Shown: positions 47,870 through 62,431 of the stretch, piece after piece
Position numbering within the stretch: the stretch's first letter is position 1
How the letters are laid out: every line of letters begins with the position of its first letter
NCBI RefSeq assembly: GCF_001194135.2
Contig: NC_068991.1
Location: 22,897,118-22,961,117, forward strand
Length of the DNA: 64,000 nt
DNA from: Octopus bimaculoides
Lineage: Eukaryota
Direction of reading: 5' to 3'
The notes under the pieces: model-generated
What the model was told of the DNA's origin: nothing
The model's database searches: none
Seen by the model: only the letters and a program-made list of their open reading frames with translations
Program-made: the position numbers and the translations under genes

Positions 47870-48430
47870 GTATGTCTATACACACACACACACACACACA
47901 CACANNNNNNNNNNNNNNNNNNNNNNNNNNNNNNNNNNNNNNNNNNNNNNNNNNNNNNNNNNNNNNNNNNNNNNNNNNNNNNNNNNNNNNNNNNNNNNNN
48001 NNNNNNNNNNNNNNNNNNNNNNNNNNNNNNNNNNNNNNNNNNNNNNNNNNNNNNNNNNNNNNNNNNNNNNNNNNNNNNNNNNNNNNNNNNNNNNNNNNNN
48101 NNNNNNNNNNNNNNNNNNNNNNNNNNNNNNNNNNNNNNNNNNNNNNNNNNNNNNNNNATATATATATATATATATATGTGTGTGCATATATGTATGTGTG
48201 TATGTATATATATGTGCATATATGTATGTGTGTGTATATATATATGTGCATATATGTATGTGTGTATATATATGTGTGCATATATGTATGTGTGTGCATA
48301 TATGTATGTGTGTGTATATATATATGTGCATATATGTATGTGTGTATATATATATGTGCATATATGTATATATGTATATGCATATATGTATATATATACA
48401 CACACACACACATACATATATACACACACA
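47760..48430. repeat. (CA)n/(TA)n/(TG)n compound microsatellite around an assembly gap
   Basis: Alternating purine-pyrimidine repeats; source of the many HTHT/YIYI ORFs. Confidence 0.95.
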
Positions 48431-48883
48431 TTCATCTTTCGCTTTTTCTCTCTCTCCTGTTAGAAATAGAAAACATGAAAAGGAAAAATGCCTTTCAACT
48501 AGTTTATGTGGATATAAAAATCAGGAAGCATCATCTATATATAGTGGATGGATAACACACACAGATATATATTCATATGCATACACACACACATATATAT
48601 ATATAATTCCAAAATTACTGTTGTATAATACACAAGTGCACTAAACCAAAGCTAAAAATATGAAAGGTGAAAGAAAAAAAATTCATGCCCTCTTCCTTTC
48701 CCCACGAGTTAGTGATGGCTATTCCTAAACTGCACCAATCTATAAATGATAAAGAAAAGTGTGTTAAAGGCCAATGATAACGTAAGACTCATAGAGCAAA
48801 TTGATTGATCTGATTATTCAATGAATGAAATAAAAATAATAAAGATACTGTCAAATCAGTCAATAAATGTGTCAAAAAGTAAT

Positions 48884-49105
48884 CTCTTTAGCATTCAAGA
48901 ATACTCTGTCAAATGTAATGCTTATTCATTCACATTGTTTTCAATTAATTATGCATTATTATTGTAGTTTCAAGTGTTTGATGATGTGGTAGTTTATTTT
49001 TAGAATGACACTGAAGGGTAGGTGTGAGAGGTGAGATTTGCCCAGTTTGAACATAAAGCAGGTAGAATATTCAGGCCAGATGTGGCCAGTTTAAATGCTA
49101 AGGGG
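48884..49105. mobile_element. piggyBac-like MITE
   Basis: Right end ATGCTAAGGGG|TTAA (49106-49109); degenerate left end (G)TAA|TCTCTTTAGCATTC. TTAA flank and CCC-type TIR are typical of piggyBac. Confidence 0.5.
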
Positions 49106-50697
49106 TTAAATATGTGTACCAGTAATATATGTTGTTCTAATAGCTAAGTAGAAAATACAACTTTCTTAAAAAAACAGAAAAAAAAAGGATATTGGGGTTA
49201 GAAAAGAAATTATATTTCATTTATTTATACATTAATCAAATGAATATACATAGATGTGGTGTATGTGTGAATATATGTGTTCATGTGAGTATACATCTGT
49301 GTACCTTCAAACATAAGTAGGAAGTAAATATACATACATACATGTGTGTGTATATATGTATATGTGTGTGTATGTATGCATGTGTGTGTGTGTAAGGTAT
49401 ATATTGAATTTGACATGCTATACTGATAAAGTGCCAAGGAAAGAAGAAAAAACACCAAATTAAAGTAGATACATTGTATAATAATGCAGTGTAAATAGTG
49501 ATTACATATCTGTGAATACAGGTGATTGCATGTGTATGCATGCACATGCACATGTAGCAACAGATATGTATTTATACCACAGAATGTTTGTGTCCATAAA
49601 TGAAAACAGAGATGCGTGTATGCATACAAAACCAACAAAGGTAATGTTATATGTATGCAAAAACACCAGTAAAAGAAGAAAAGTGTGTGTGTGTGTGTGT
49701 GTGTGTGTACTAACAGCAGTGCACTGCAGTGATCAGTACATATTGACTAGTCACTGAATGTATGTTGGATGATGGCTATATTATTCTGTGTTGAGAGCTG
49801 TATAGCATACAGAGATAGATACAAGAATGTTGTTGAGTATCTATAGTGATACATGATACAGATAAAATCAACTGCTCATCTAAGTAAACATTTCAATCCA
49901 GAAGAAAAATTCAATACCTTCCAATGTCTGACCAAGTAAATAGAATAATGACTGTACTATGGTTAACAAGATATATGTGATTCAATTCCCATCCGAAATA
50001 ATTATTCATTCCTGTTCACATAATTATCATCATTATTTTTACATCGGCTTTCCATGTTGTCATGAGTTGGATGGCTAGGCAGGATCCAACAGGCCAGAGA
50101 ACCACATCTTATTCCAGTGCTGTAGTTTTGCTATTGTTTCTATGGCTGGATGCCCTACCTAGCACCAACCACTTTACAGAGTGCACTAGGTGGGTGTTTT
50201 TTCTTTTTTAGTGAGGTTGCCGCATAACTCACAAAGCTAAGGACCTTCTTCATCTGAGACGGAGAATAGACAATAGAATGGTCATTTTTATGTAAGGTGT
50301 TAAGAGGTTAATGTATGATGAGATGAGTCAGAATAGGTTTGTTGCAGAGAAGATTCACAGTCACTTCGCATTTTACATGGGTGAATGAAGGTGACAGGAG
50401 TGGTGCCACAAAGTAACGTAGTGATGATCAGGTGCCAGAACAAACCCACAAGTGGTTGCTCTGACATGTCCAAGAAGGTGACAGAAGAGAGCATAGAGAC
50501 AGGAGAATCAGCAAGAGTGGGAAAAGTTGCAAGAGTATGATGGGAGAGTGGAAGACAATAAATATGAGTGAATGAACGATAAGAATTATGGGTGGATGTC
50601 AATTAGGAATAATAGATCAGAGGTGAGAAAATGGTGACCGGCAGTACAAAAATGATATGAAATGGTTTGTAGTGTATATATGTATGTTTGTATGATG

Positions 50698-50728
<31 letters not shown>

Positions 50729-51387
50729 ATATATNNNNNNNNNNNNNNNNNNNNNNNNNNNNNNNNNNNNNNNNNNNNNNNNNNNNNNNNNNNNNNNNNN
50801 NNNNNNNNNNNNNNNNNNNNNNNNNNNNNNNNNNNNNNNNNNNNNNNNNNNNNNNNNNNNNNNNNNNNNNNNNNNNNNNNNNNNNNNNNNNNNNNNNNNN
50901 NNNNNNNNNNNNNNNNNNNNNNNNNNNNNNNNNNNNNNNNNNNNNNNNNNNNNNNNNNNNNNNNNNNNNNNNNNNNNNNNNNNNNNNNNNNNNNNNNNNN
51001 NNNNNNNNNNNNNNNNNNNNNNNNNNNNNNNNNNNNNNNNNNNNNNNNNNNNNNNNNNNNNNNNNNNNNNNNNNNNNNNNNNNNNNNNNNNNNNNNNNNN
51101 NNNNNNNNNNNNNNNNNNNNNNNNNNNNNNNNNNNNNNNNNNNNNNNNNNNNNNNNNNNNNNNNNNNNNNNNNNNNNNNNNNNNNNNNNNNNNNNNNNNN
51201 NNNNNNNNNNNNNNNNNNNNNNNNNNNNNNNNNNNNNNNNNNNNNNNNNNNNNNNNNNNNNNNNNNNNNNNNNNNNNNNNNNNNNNNNNNNNNNNNNNNN
51301 NNNNNNNNNNNNNNNNNNNNNNNNNNNNNNNNNNNNNNNNNNNNNNNNNNNNNNNNNNNNNNNNNNNNNNNNNNNNNNNNNNATATA

Positions 51388-52020
51388 TACAAGATCTAAT
51401 GAATAAGTATCCTGACTGGTGCTATAAAAACACAACTACAACACGTACCAATTCGGCATTTAATCTCCTTCAAAGTAGTCTCCTTTGGAAGCAACACACT
51501 TAATCCAGAGCTGTTTCCGTTGATGGAAACATTCCTGGATTTCGTTTCCTGAGATAATCAGCAGCTGCCTTGTCACATTCACTTTGATTTCCTCGACATC
51601 TTGAAATCTTCTTCCTTTCAAGCAGGATTTGATTTTTTGGAAAGAGGAAAAAGTCACAAGGGACAAGGTCTGGGGGATACAGTTGCTGTCAGACCTGGGG
51701 AATGCTGTGCCTAGCCAAAAACTGCTACACAAGTTGCGCTGAACGGGCAAGTGCATTTGTCAGCTGAAAGCAGTTTTGGCACAAACTTGGCAAACATGCA
51801 TCTCGTACCCAAATCTTCATTGAGAATGGACTGAACTGAACCGTAACTAATCTGCACATCCTCTGATAACTCACAGACAGTGACTCAAAGATTTCCCCTC
51901 ACAGCTGCATGCACATGGACAGCAAGCAAATAGCACCATTTGCATGAACACAGAGACCATTGTTTACAACCAGTGAACACACATGAAAATGAGAGGAAAT
52001 ATGAACTCACTCGCACAAAC
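51388..52020 (-). mobile_element. Internally deleted mariner-type transposon relic
   Basis: ORF 51460..51756: ...KIKSCLKGRRFQDVEEIK...FQECF..RKQLWIKCVASKGDYFEGD*, a mariner transposase C-terminus. Confidence 0.8.
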
Positions 52021-52212
52021 GTATATATATGTACAACAGGTTTTTTTCAGTTTCCATCTACCAAATCCACTTACACAGCTTTGGTTGCCCTGGAGCTATA
52101 GAAGACGCCCAAGCAAGACTAAACTTGAAACCATGTAGTTGGGAAGCAAACTTTTTAACCACACAGCCATGTCTGTGCCTACATACATACATATGCATCT
52201 ATGTATCTTCAG

Positions 52213-52287
<75 letters not shown>

Positions 52288-52289
52288 CA

Positions 52290-52333
<44 letters not shown>

Positions 52334-53980
52334 TCTATATATGTATACACACAGACACACTCATACATATTCATACATATAAACACACATACATACACAT
52401 AATTGCTATTGTATGTTCCCTTTTTTAAATGAGGTAAAAACCACTATTGAAAGACAAAGTACTCAATACATAGAAGTAGAGTGGATGTATTTATTTCAAA
52501 AAACAATGGTTCTTACAATGGTTCTTACAAGATGAGCCCCATTTCCTTCACTAACTGAAAGTGTCATGGCTTTATACACACTCACACACACACACACATA
52601 CAGGCATATACATATGGTTTTACTATTTTAAGCTGAAGCTACTTGAATCCAAGTTTCACAATTGAAGAGAAACAGTCTTACAATATACAAGCAAAAATGT
52701 TTGTAAATACATTGGGACATAATTTGTCATCAAGATCCAATTGGTTGCCAAGTAAAAAAAAAAAAATTAGAAAATGCATAAAATACACAAAAGCATTGTT
52801 GGTGCAGTTTAATGTGATGATCTTTCAGAATTTGGTTAATCTATTGTGTACGAAATAAACTATCTCAGGCAGTTGGTATTTGGAAATTCCTTTATAAATA
52901 TTGATGAATGTGTCTGAAAGAATTTGCCAACTGCAATCTTTTGTTCAAAATTGCAAAAGGAAAAGATTGTTATAGAATAGAGACAAAGACCACACCTTCC
53001 AGAATCATTAATGTAGAACAGAGCAATAAATTTTATAATTATTAATATTATCATCCTTTAAACACCAGATATCTGGAAAGTGAAGTAGCAAGATGTCTTT
53101 CTAAGTGTTAGAATGAATATATATGTTGTGAGAAGCCTATACAACTTTTCTGGTTTTGTTTTCAATGGACTGTTCATTTTGAATTACCATACAATGGCTG
53201 CTGTTAAGGAGTTCCTCAATATATTCAAAAAGTTAGATTTATAGATCACAGTAGATATGAATCTATAGTTAGATATAACTCTAGATTTAGGTACTTGTAA
53301 AAACTGCCCCTACAGTAAACCTAATGAGAAAGTGCAGCATAATGGAATAAATTCCGTCCTCCACTACCTAAAACAATCCTTAAAAACTTAGTAAATAATA
53401 TTAGATAACCAGTTTAATTTGAAGAATCCTTTAACTGTGCTGTTATTTTTACAATGAGGTAAATGTTACCAATGAAAGAAAAAGGATAATATCTATTATT
53501 ATTTTTATATACACCCACATTAAAACCTCTAGGTGATTGCACACAGTATTAGAAATAGCAAACCCAATCTCTAAAATCACACTCGATAATCTTGAAAAAT
53601 AGGAAACTCATTGGATAATGTAGTTATAGATACTAATAAGAGGTGTGGTCAAAGCTGAAATACCTTCACTCATAGATTTCTTTTGTCAGGGCTGACCTAA
53701 GACTAAACGACAACACCCATACAATAGTGCTACTGTATGAATATATGACATGATCTTTTGTAGTAAATGTATGCTTTTGAGTTAGTATTTGTGTACAGTG
53801 AGATAAGTGAAGATGAAACTGATTGAACCCTGTGATAAATAACTGGAACCAATATTTTATTAAGTATGTATTGATAATGGTAGGCCTTCCTGGTTTAGTT
53901 GATTAGGTGGTGAAAAGACTAACATAGACAGTATAGTGTGTGTGTTTGACATTCTCTCTCTCTCTCTCTCTCTCTCTCAC

Positions 53981-54073
<93 letters not shown>

Positions 54074-54712
54074 GTATGAACAGGCAAACAATTGGTATCA
54101 GTTTAGATCATGACAAATATTTAAACATAGTTGCTGAATTGTTACAATAGAATAGACCATAAGAAATAAGGAAGTAAAGTGTGACGATAGTCTCATACAG
54201 CTGTTTCAGGAATAGCTGTGCATATGGTGCATTTCTCCGATAAGATAAGATAAGCATTTAACAGCATTCTATTCCATTTTTTAGTTCCTTACTTATTATG
54301 ATTTACTATACTGTAACAACTGAGCAATTATGCTTAAATATATAAATGCCATGCTCTTAATTGATGCTAGTTGTATGTCTGTTCATACGTTGATTCTACT
54401 GTACCTGCTCAATTTAAACCGCTGGTAGCCAGCCATTCATTGCTAGGCTGTTACAACACCACTGCTTTTTGTTTTAGTTGCAGTTCAAAAGTCAACTTGA
54501 GTACTTTTGTACCTATTACACTACCTCATTAGCTGCAATATTACCTGGACTTACAGCTAACCAACTATCTCTAGTTTAACCAGAGTATCATCAGAGGTAA
54601 ATAAACAACCAGCTGGAGGTCTATATGTAAATTAATATATACTTTACTTTTAAAATGTCTTCAGTTTCTTTTTAATCAAAGTGAAGTTGATTGTTTGATA
54701 TAGAGTATCAGA

Positions 54713-54744
<32 letters not shown>

Positions 54745-55667
54745 CACACACACACACACTATATTGAAAGAAGTGCGGATATTGACTACTAGTCAATGTA
54801 TATATGTAAACGTGTAAGCTATAATTTGATAAAGCTAAATTTGCGCGCATACGCACATACACTAATAGTAAATGTTAACAAAAATGAACGGTTTTTGTTG
54901 TTTTTTTCTTTTTACTAAAAACTGTCATCTTCAGTTTAATATCGTATCAGATACCTCCTTCATAAATACCCATATATAAACATATTCACAGGTATATAGG
55001 GGTTCTTTCTTGAGAGAGTGTTTGTCGTTGTCTTCGATGTTGCTGCTTAGTCCCAATTCAACCCTGGTCGTGAAATTGACTCATTTACAGATGGGAGTTT
55101 GCTTGACCAGGAATTTCATCAGCTGTAAGCTTAAATAACTTAACGATGGCTTCCAAACCTTGTCTAGGTGACACGATAAGATAGATTATTTATTTATTTA
55201 TTTATAACAGCTTACTGAAACGAAAGACAAAACAGCCGACATTTCAAAATCAGCTTTTCAAAGAACGAACCACAAAGCCAACAACCACTTTGTACAGTTA
55301 AATAAGATATACTCAGCCATTACCTGCGTGTAGAACAAAAAGTTTAGTCAGTATTAAGAAATGGAGCTACTACTTACTAATAATAGCGTTATGGCCTCAC
55401 CTATTGTGCTATGAGCTTAAAGATAGTCATTTACCTACATTAACACCACCACCACCACCACAACTAGGTGCGTACTAATTGTTGGGTGTTTAGACTGACA
55501 ATTTATTTATAAAGCATCCTGAATAAGAAATAAAAAGGCGAGCTTAACTAATAATGTCGGTGATGTATAATATAAATATTAACAAAACACCCTCAAAGTT
55601 TTCAGAAATATGGATAAACACGAGAGAAATGACTGTCTCCATCGCCATCAAGTTATCATTATTATTA

Positions 55668-56376
55668 AACCGGGCCTGCCCGAGGTGCGCTCAGGACGAC
55701 GAAACCGTTCTTTGCGCACTCGTCCAGTGCCCGAGCATTGCTGACCTGTGGGTCTATATCGAACAGCTACTGTCACGTGTAGGACGGATCCGGCTATCAG
55801 CTGAATCTATCGTGAGAATTGACCCACCGACCTCCTTTAACCAGGAGGGCAAGGCAATTTTCCTATGCCTAGTGGCTGTAGCGAAAGAGGTGATATGGTG
55901 GACCCGTTTGAAAGGGCTAAAGACAGACACTTTCCTCTTTGGCCAAGGCCTCATCAACTTTTTCAAGTTCCACTTGAAAAGGAAGATGAGAGTAGANNNN
56001 NNNNNNNNNNNNNNNNNNNNNNNNNNNNNNNNNNNNNNNNNNNNNNNNNNNNNNNNNNNNNNNNNNNNNNNNNNNNNNNNNNNNNNNNNNATGTAAAAGG
56101 AGAAAGGGATCTATACCCCTTTCTTATTTTTTTCTGACCAGGCTCCCGTGGTTTTATGGGTTTTTCCACGTGTAACCTTTCCTTTTTCGAAGCGCCTCCC
56201 CCTTCGGGGGTTTCTACTTGTTTATTTATCTATTTATTCATTATATCTTTCTCCGTTTTCTTCCTCTGTTTAGACGAACTTTAATACCTTTTCGGACAAA
56301 ACCTTTTGTAACCTTCGTCCTGTCTTTGTCCTTATATGTTTTTAATTGATATTAGCCCTTGCGGCCAATAAAACGA
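55668..56376 (+). mobile_element. 5'-truncated L1/Tx1-clade LINE 3' end (zf-RVT-like region, pyrimidine-rich 3' UTR, AATAAA, (ATT)n tail)
   Basis: ORF 55554..56096: RACPRCAQDDETVLCALVQCP...LW..IEQLL...AKEVIWWTR fits the Cys-rich C-terminus of L1/Tx1 ORF2. AATAAA near 56367, followed by (ATT)n. Confidence 0.8.
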
Positions 56377-56403
56377 ATTAATTATTATTATTATTATTAT
56401 TAT

Positions 56404-56702
56404 TCTACCAAAGTTGACTTTGCTTTCATCATTTCGGGGTCGATAAGTGAGACACTGGGGTCAATATAATCGAGTAACCCCTCCCCAAAATGTCAGGTCT
56501 TGTGCCTACAGTAGAAAGGATTATTATTATTATTTATTACTTAAGGTGGCGAACTGGCAGAATCTGAGTTCAAGTTCCGCCGAGGTCGACTCTACATTTC
56601 ATCCTTTTGAGGTCGATAAAATACGTACCAGTTGAGCACTGGGTCGATCTAATCGACTTACCCTTCCCCCGAAATTGCTGACCTTGTGCCAAAATTTTCG
56701 AA
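56404..56702 (+). mobile_element. Two tandem Nin/Deu-domain-like SINE fragments inserted after the L1/Tx1 (ATT)n tail
   Basis: Units ~56404-56522 and ~56543-56702, each followed by (ATT)n. Confidence 0.7.
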
Positions 56703-57581
56703 TTAATTATTATTATTATTACTCCTCTTACTACTGTTATTTTGTCGTTGTTTGTCCACCGCAAGTTGATCTGTGATCAAAGGCCTTCTAACTATAACCA
56801 CTTTTGTCATTTATATCTAGAACTACGTCTTTCAATGTGTCCCCTATTTGTTTGTTTAGGGATTTGGAGGTGGGGGGGATAAGGCTGTAGGTTGTGAATT
56901 GTTGGACATTTGACTGCTATTTCTAGCTTGTTATTGACGATGAGGGTGATGCTGCTGATGATGACAACGGTCTTAATTGAACAAACTTATCAAAAGACGT
57001 CCCAGCCTTGCCCCTTATTTTTATATCAGTGATTACATAGTCTGATGTGTCTGCCACCACCCAAATTTTTTTTTTCAAACAACGTGCGAGTTTTGGCTTC
57101 TATTTCTAGCAGGTCGGTTCACTGCGTAGGGGCGTCCTTCGCTGGCTTGTAGCCGTTGATGATGCTAGACGTTGACAGCAACTAGTTACCTATATTTCAT
57201 CAAGTGAACCGCTCAATAAAAAGACTGACAGAGTAAGATAGGTATATACAAAAGGGATTGGTGGTATTTTGAATTTGAAATCACGACAGCTAGATGATAT
57301 ATCCAAGATGACCAAGCTGTTATACGTACATTTATGCGTCTAGGCAGGTAAAAAGGTATAGATGTGTGTGTGTGTGCATAAGTGCGTGTGTGTGCATAAG
57401 TGCGTGTGTGCGTACTTTAATATCTAGTATCCTTGAAATGGATATATACATATATATACATATATACATACTTATAAGGAATCAAGCTATTGATTTTACT
57501 ATAAACGATAAACAGAGATAGACCTATATACAATCGTCACTGACTGCAGAAGCTTGACGTCGCGCGTGTGTGTGTGTATGT

Positions 57582-57618
<37 letters not shown>

Positions 57619-57956
57619 AGTGGGAGAGAGAGAGAGAGAGCGTGTGTGTGTGTGTTTACTCAAGCATCGGTAGTCAGATGACGGTAGTGGGTCACAATAT
57701 CGTTAGCAACATGTCACAACATCACTGATAAAAGCCAAAAGGCATGATTACAACTGTTGAGTCGTCTAATCAGTGCAAAGATGAACAGGAGCTGGGAATG
57801 TAAAACGATGAGATGTGATGGAGATAAGGGAGACATCAACATACACCATAACAATACAGATTAGAACATCACTATGTTTGTTTTGCAATGTCTGTATGGG
57901 TGTATGCATGTGGTATGTGTGTGCGTGTATGTGTACCCAGACACGTATAAATATGT

Positions 57957-57996
<40 letters not shown>

Positions 57997-58394
57997 TAAA
58001 CATGCACACATATACGCACACACACATATGTATATATGTATGTTTGTTGCTACATATTTGAATATCTCTTGATATGAATATGCATACCCATACACACATA
58101 CCTTGTATATAAACACCCCACACACATCCCATATATAAATGTGTCTGTGTGTGTGTGTGTGTGTGTAAGTATATATAATTGTATCTCAGAAAATTACAAA
58201 AAGGTGGGTTGGGAATGAACAATCTCACTAATTTCTAGTGATTACTGTAGAGTACAAGTGAAGGTACAAAAGTAAAATGGAAATTCTGCTTGATAAAACA
58301 TTATCTGAGAACATCATCAGCATTACTCCTTCAACTAATACTTTGAAATAAATTTTATAACATAATTTGTGGAGTAAGGCCACAGAAACAGTGC

Positions 58395-59090
58395 TGCAGT
58401 CATGTGTGGGACTTCTTATCTAACAGTTAATGAAAAAAATCATCACTGACTCATTCCATAAAGAAAGGAAAACTCAGAAGGTTTATCACAGAAAAAAAGC
58501 GAGCTGTTTTCTGAGTCCTGTGATGAAGCAGCCAGTTTGATTATATGGGGGAGATCCATAAAAAGTGAACATTAGCAAAATTTGCCACCATACACTTGTG
58601 GTTTCAATGGTAAGGCTGCGACAGTGAAGTACTAAGAAACAAGCCAGCCTCTCCTTAACCACAGGCAGCATAAGTGGCTTATAGACGACGTAGGTCAAGG
58701 AAAAGCAGACTGGAAGTCCAAAGTATTGTTTTCTGATGAGAACAAGTTTTATATCCAGTTCAGAAACCAAGGTCAAATAATTTTGAAGATGGCTGGAGCA
58801 GCACAGAACATAGCTGCTTGAGGTCTAGCATCAAATCCCTGCACTCAGTGATGGTTAAGGGTGCCGTATCATATGAAGTATTGAACCAGTATCTCTTAAG
58901 GGTCACTGGCAATGCAATGATCTACCAAGAGGTCACGGAGCACTTCATACCTCCATCAGCTGACAAGCTGCTTGATGTCTTGGAATTTCTGTTCCAGCAG
59001 GATTTGGTACTCCACACAATAGAGCATTCTGGAAATATTTTCACTGCATCAGTACCAAAAGAATTTTCTTGGTTGAAAATAAGCACACTT
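58395..59090 (+). mobile_element. Decayed Tc1 (DD34E-type) transposase fragment
   Basis: Fragments read KVLFSDENKF, SVMVKGAVSY, NAMIYQEV.EHF..PSADKL and FLFQQDLV.H, corresponding to the Tc1 catalytic region. Confidence 0.75.
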
Positions 59091-59454
59091 GTTTCTCTCC
59101 CAACTCCCATCCATCCCTGGTATGTTCCTGTCATTTTATATTCAATCCCTCATGGCTAACTGCTATTATAACAAGACTTTATGAGAATTTCTTTCTATGT
59201 CAAGTAGTTTAAGAAACATCTAGATGCCCCAAAAGGTTGTCTTAAGGTAAATATATGCATATTTTCTTAATATAAACATATGTGTACATATGCATTGTAT
59301 CTATGTATCTATTTGTATGTATTTGGAGATGTGAATGAGTACACACTCACAACTATATATACATACCAACATATATATATATATATGTGTATGTAGAGAG
59401 AGAGAGAGAGGGGGGAAGAGAGAGAGTGAAAGGTAGATTGTATGATGCTTGTTT

Positions 59455-59850
59455 ATTAACGGCTATACTCCATGGTAATAAGACATGGACTCTGAATGCG
59501 GAGGATATGCGTAGACTGGTGTGGAATGCTCTGCTGGATGTGCAACATCAGTGTGCATGAATGGCAAAGCATAACAGCATTGAGAAAAAAGTTGGGCATA
59601 AGAGGAATTAAACGTGGCATGCAGGAGAGAAGACTATGTTGGTTTGGACATGTGATGCATATGAATGAAGACAGCTGTATAAGGTAGTGCCGATCACAGA
59701 AGGTGGCTGGTAGCAGTGGGAGTGGGAGGCCCAGGAAGACATGGGATGAAATAGTGAGAACCAATCTTAGGTTGTTAGGGCTCACAGAGGAATTTACAAT
59801 GGACGGAGATATCTGACACTATGAAATTCTAGAGAAGACCCGCCCATGTC
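59455..59850 (+). mobile_element. RTE-clade RT C-terminal fragment
   Basis: ORF 59496..59687: MLCWMCNISVHE...LRKKLGIRGIK..MQERRLCWFGHVMHMNEDSCIR, then GRPRKTWDEIV. Confidence 0.8.
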
Positions 59851-60539
59851 AGCATAACTGAGTGCTAAAAGTGTTATGTCCCACCTGCACAAGCAATAAA
59901 ATTTTCACATACCCTATCTCTAGAATCCAAACTACATCTCCTCTCCCAAACTATCTTTTCTCTTCTTCGCATTTCGTCTTCATATGCTATGATCTTCTCC
60001 CACTCCCCATCCCTACCCGCACTGCCCTGTTCACTGTATTGCTGCTTTCCCCATCCCCTTCTTTACACCCAGGTTCTCACCAGTCACTGCAATCCCTACC
60101 CCCAAATCGCACCTTCTTGGTAATACCTGGTCACGTATATTATGTCCCTGTACACTGAGGGCAAGCCCTGACAATTGCCACCATTTATCTCTCTCTTCCT
60201 TATTCTACCATCCCATCTAGGCTCTGAACCCCATTCCTTGTGAGTAAACTCTGGCACTTCATCATTATCTCTCTCCTGCTCTCTCTTGCACTCTTGTCTC
60301 CCATTCACTCACTCACTCACTCACTCTCTCTCACTCTCCTTCCCTTGCTCTTCTCTTTGGCTGGGTAACCATGTATCTCCTTTACAGCAACACACCCATT
60401 TCTTGTCCTCTTTCTTGTTACCACTCTCTCCCTCTCATTCTCTCTCTTTCTTTCCCTCTGTCTCCCTCACTATCTCTTTTGGTTGGGTAACCATGTACCT
60501 CCTCTATAGTAAGACATCTATTTCTGCCTCTCTGCCTCT

Positions 60540-60880
60540 CTAGTAAACTCTAATCTTTCATCATCTGACTCAAGATCCCCTCCTCTAATGCCCCCTCCCC
60601 TCTCAAAACTCCTTGTCTTGCAAGTTATTTGGTGACCTTGCCAGTGTTGGTGCCATGTAAAAAGCATCCAGGCCACATTGTGAAGTGGTTGGCATTTGGA
60701 AGGGCTTCCAGCTGTAAAAACCATGCCAAAACTGATCTCACCTGTGCTGGTGCCACATAAAAAGCACTCAGTCCACTCTACAGGGTGGTCAGTATTAAGA
60801 AGAGCATCCAACTGTAAAAACCAGGCCAAAACAGACACAGTAGCCTGGTGTAGTCTTCTACTTGGCCAGCTCTAGTGCAT
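60540..60880 (-). mobile_element. Degenerate RTE 3'-UTR fragment
   Basis: Same GGAAGGGC.TCCAGCTGTAAAAACCATGCC motifs and GGTGCCA..TAAAAAGCA repeat-unit remnants. Confidence 0.55.
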
Positions 60881-62431
60881 GTGATCCTAAGTTAAATGTT
60901 GTAAGAGTACCAATAAAATCTAGAGTTGAGGAGGGTGAGTTATGGGTGAGAAATAGCAGTGCACTGATCTTCCTGGACTTTCAAGAAGGATTATCCTGCA
61001 TGCGTACCTAAGTTGAATTAAATGAAAGCACCCAAATGGTGATAAACATGGCAACAATTAAGTCTACTAACAAACAGTATGTATGGTCCATATGATAGGC
61101 TTCGGGATAAAATTTCAACTGAGTTAAGTTCACTCATAAGGTGTGAGCCAATGCGAAGCTAAGGCAAAAGCCACTTACTCAAGGTGCTGCACATTGTTAT
61201 TGAAACTGGTCCCACATGATTATAGAGTAAACTTCTTAACAACATGCACATGTCTGTGCTCAAGGTAAGTTAAGATGGCTGACATTTAAGGTTCCAATAA
61301 AGGCAATGAGCTGAAAAAATTGTCAGCATATTGGATAAAATGCTTAGCAGTATTACTTCTGACTTTCCATTTTGAGTTCAAATGCTGCTGAGGTTGACTT
61401 TGCCTTTCATCCTCTCAGGGCTGATAAATAAGTACCAGTTGAACAATGGGATTGATGTAATCGATTTCCCCCCCTTCCTTCAGAAATCGCTGGCCTTGTG
61501 CCAAATGTAAAAAGAATTTAAGGTTACAATGAAGCAACATTTCTAATGTGGAACTGTATTTTGAATGGAATGTAAATTATTCTACCAAACTTGCCCAAAG
61601 CTGACCTCATGGTCAGGTTTTCTTGCTAGAAGTTTCAAATCTTGAATCAATTCAAGTTGGAAGTGATTTTAACATTCCAACTGGTAATTTGGCACAATTC
61701 ATGCAGTATCAGATGGAATACTTTACAGTGGTTGCCCCAACTCTCTAAATTCAAATCACACTGAGTCAACTTTACCTTTTATCCTTTTGAGGTGTATTTA
61801 AAAAATACCAACCCATAGTGGTCACTTAATGAAAGACTTGTAAGAATGTCAGACAGGTATAAATGCCTTGTGGTAGTTGTTCTGCATTCAAATACAGTGA
61901 TAACCTACTTGAGCAGAAGACTTAATCCTTAGCCAATTGGCACCTTGAATGCTTTTAGTGGAGTTCACTCTGTCGTAGCATTCAAGCCAAGTTATTTTCT
62001 GGTTTGAGGATAGCTTCCCTCAACCAGTTCTGAAGGCCCTCTAAATGGCCACAGCTACTGCCGTCTCTCTTAACTAAAAGATAAAATCACAAAAACTTAA
62101 AGTGCAACGTTCAATTTCTATTGTAGCAATATACTTGACATGTATCACTAAATACCTCAGCTACTGGAGTAAAAAAAGTATTTCTTCTTATCTTTTATTT
62201 CAGTTATTGGACTGCGGCTATGCTTGGGCAAAGTCTTGAAGAGTTTAGTCACACAAATCAATCGTAGACTTTATTTTTTTAAGCTTCATGCTTATCCTAT
62301 CAGTCTCCTTTTACTGAATTACTAAGATACAGGGATGTAAACAAACCAGCTCCAGTTGCCAAGCATTGGTGAAGAACAAACACAAGAATAAAGACACACA
62401 TCTTATACAAATTAATAAGATATATATATAT

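Noticed and set aside
47725-48644. Multiple 180-300-aa ORFs (also 612-1016, 50662-51503 and 62501-63933)
   Set aside because: They consist of (CA)/(TA) microsatellites and N-gaps translated as X; artefacts.
50215-50650. Possible old LINE fragment (also 3560-3900, 36760-37180 and 61540-62150)
   Set aside because: Too decayed to assign a clade or boundaries by eye; needs RepeatMasker or HMMER.
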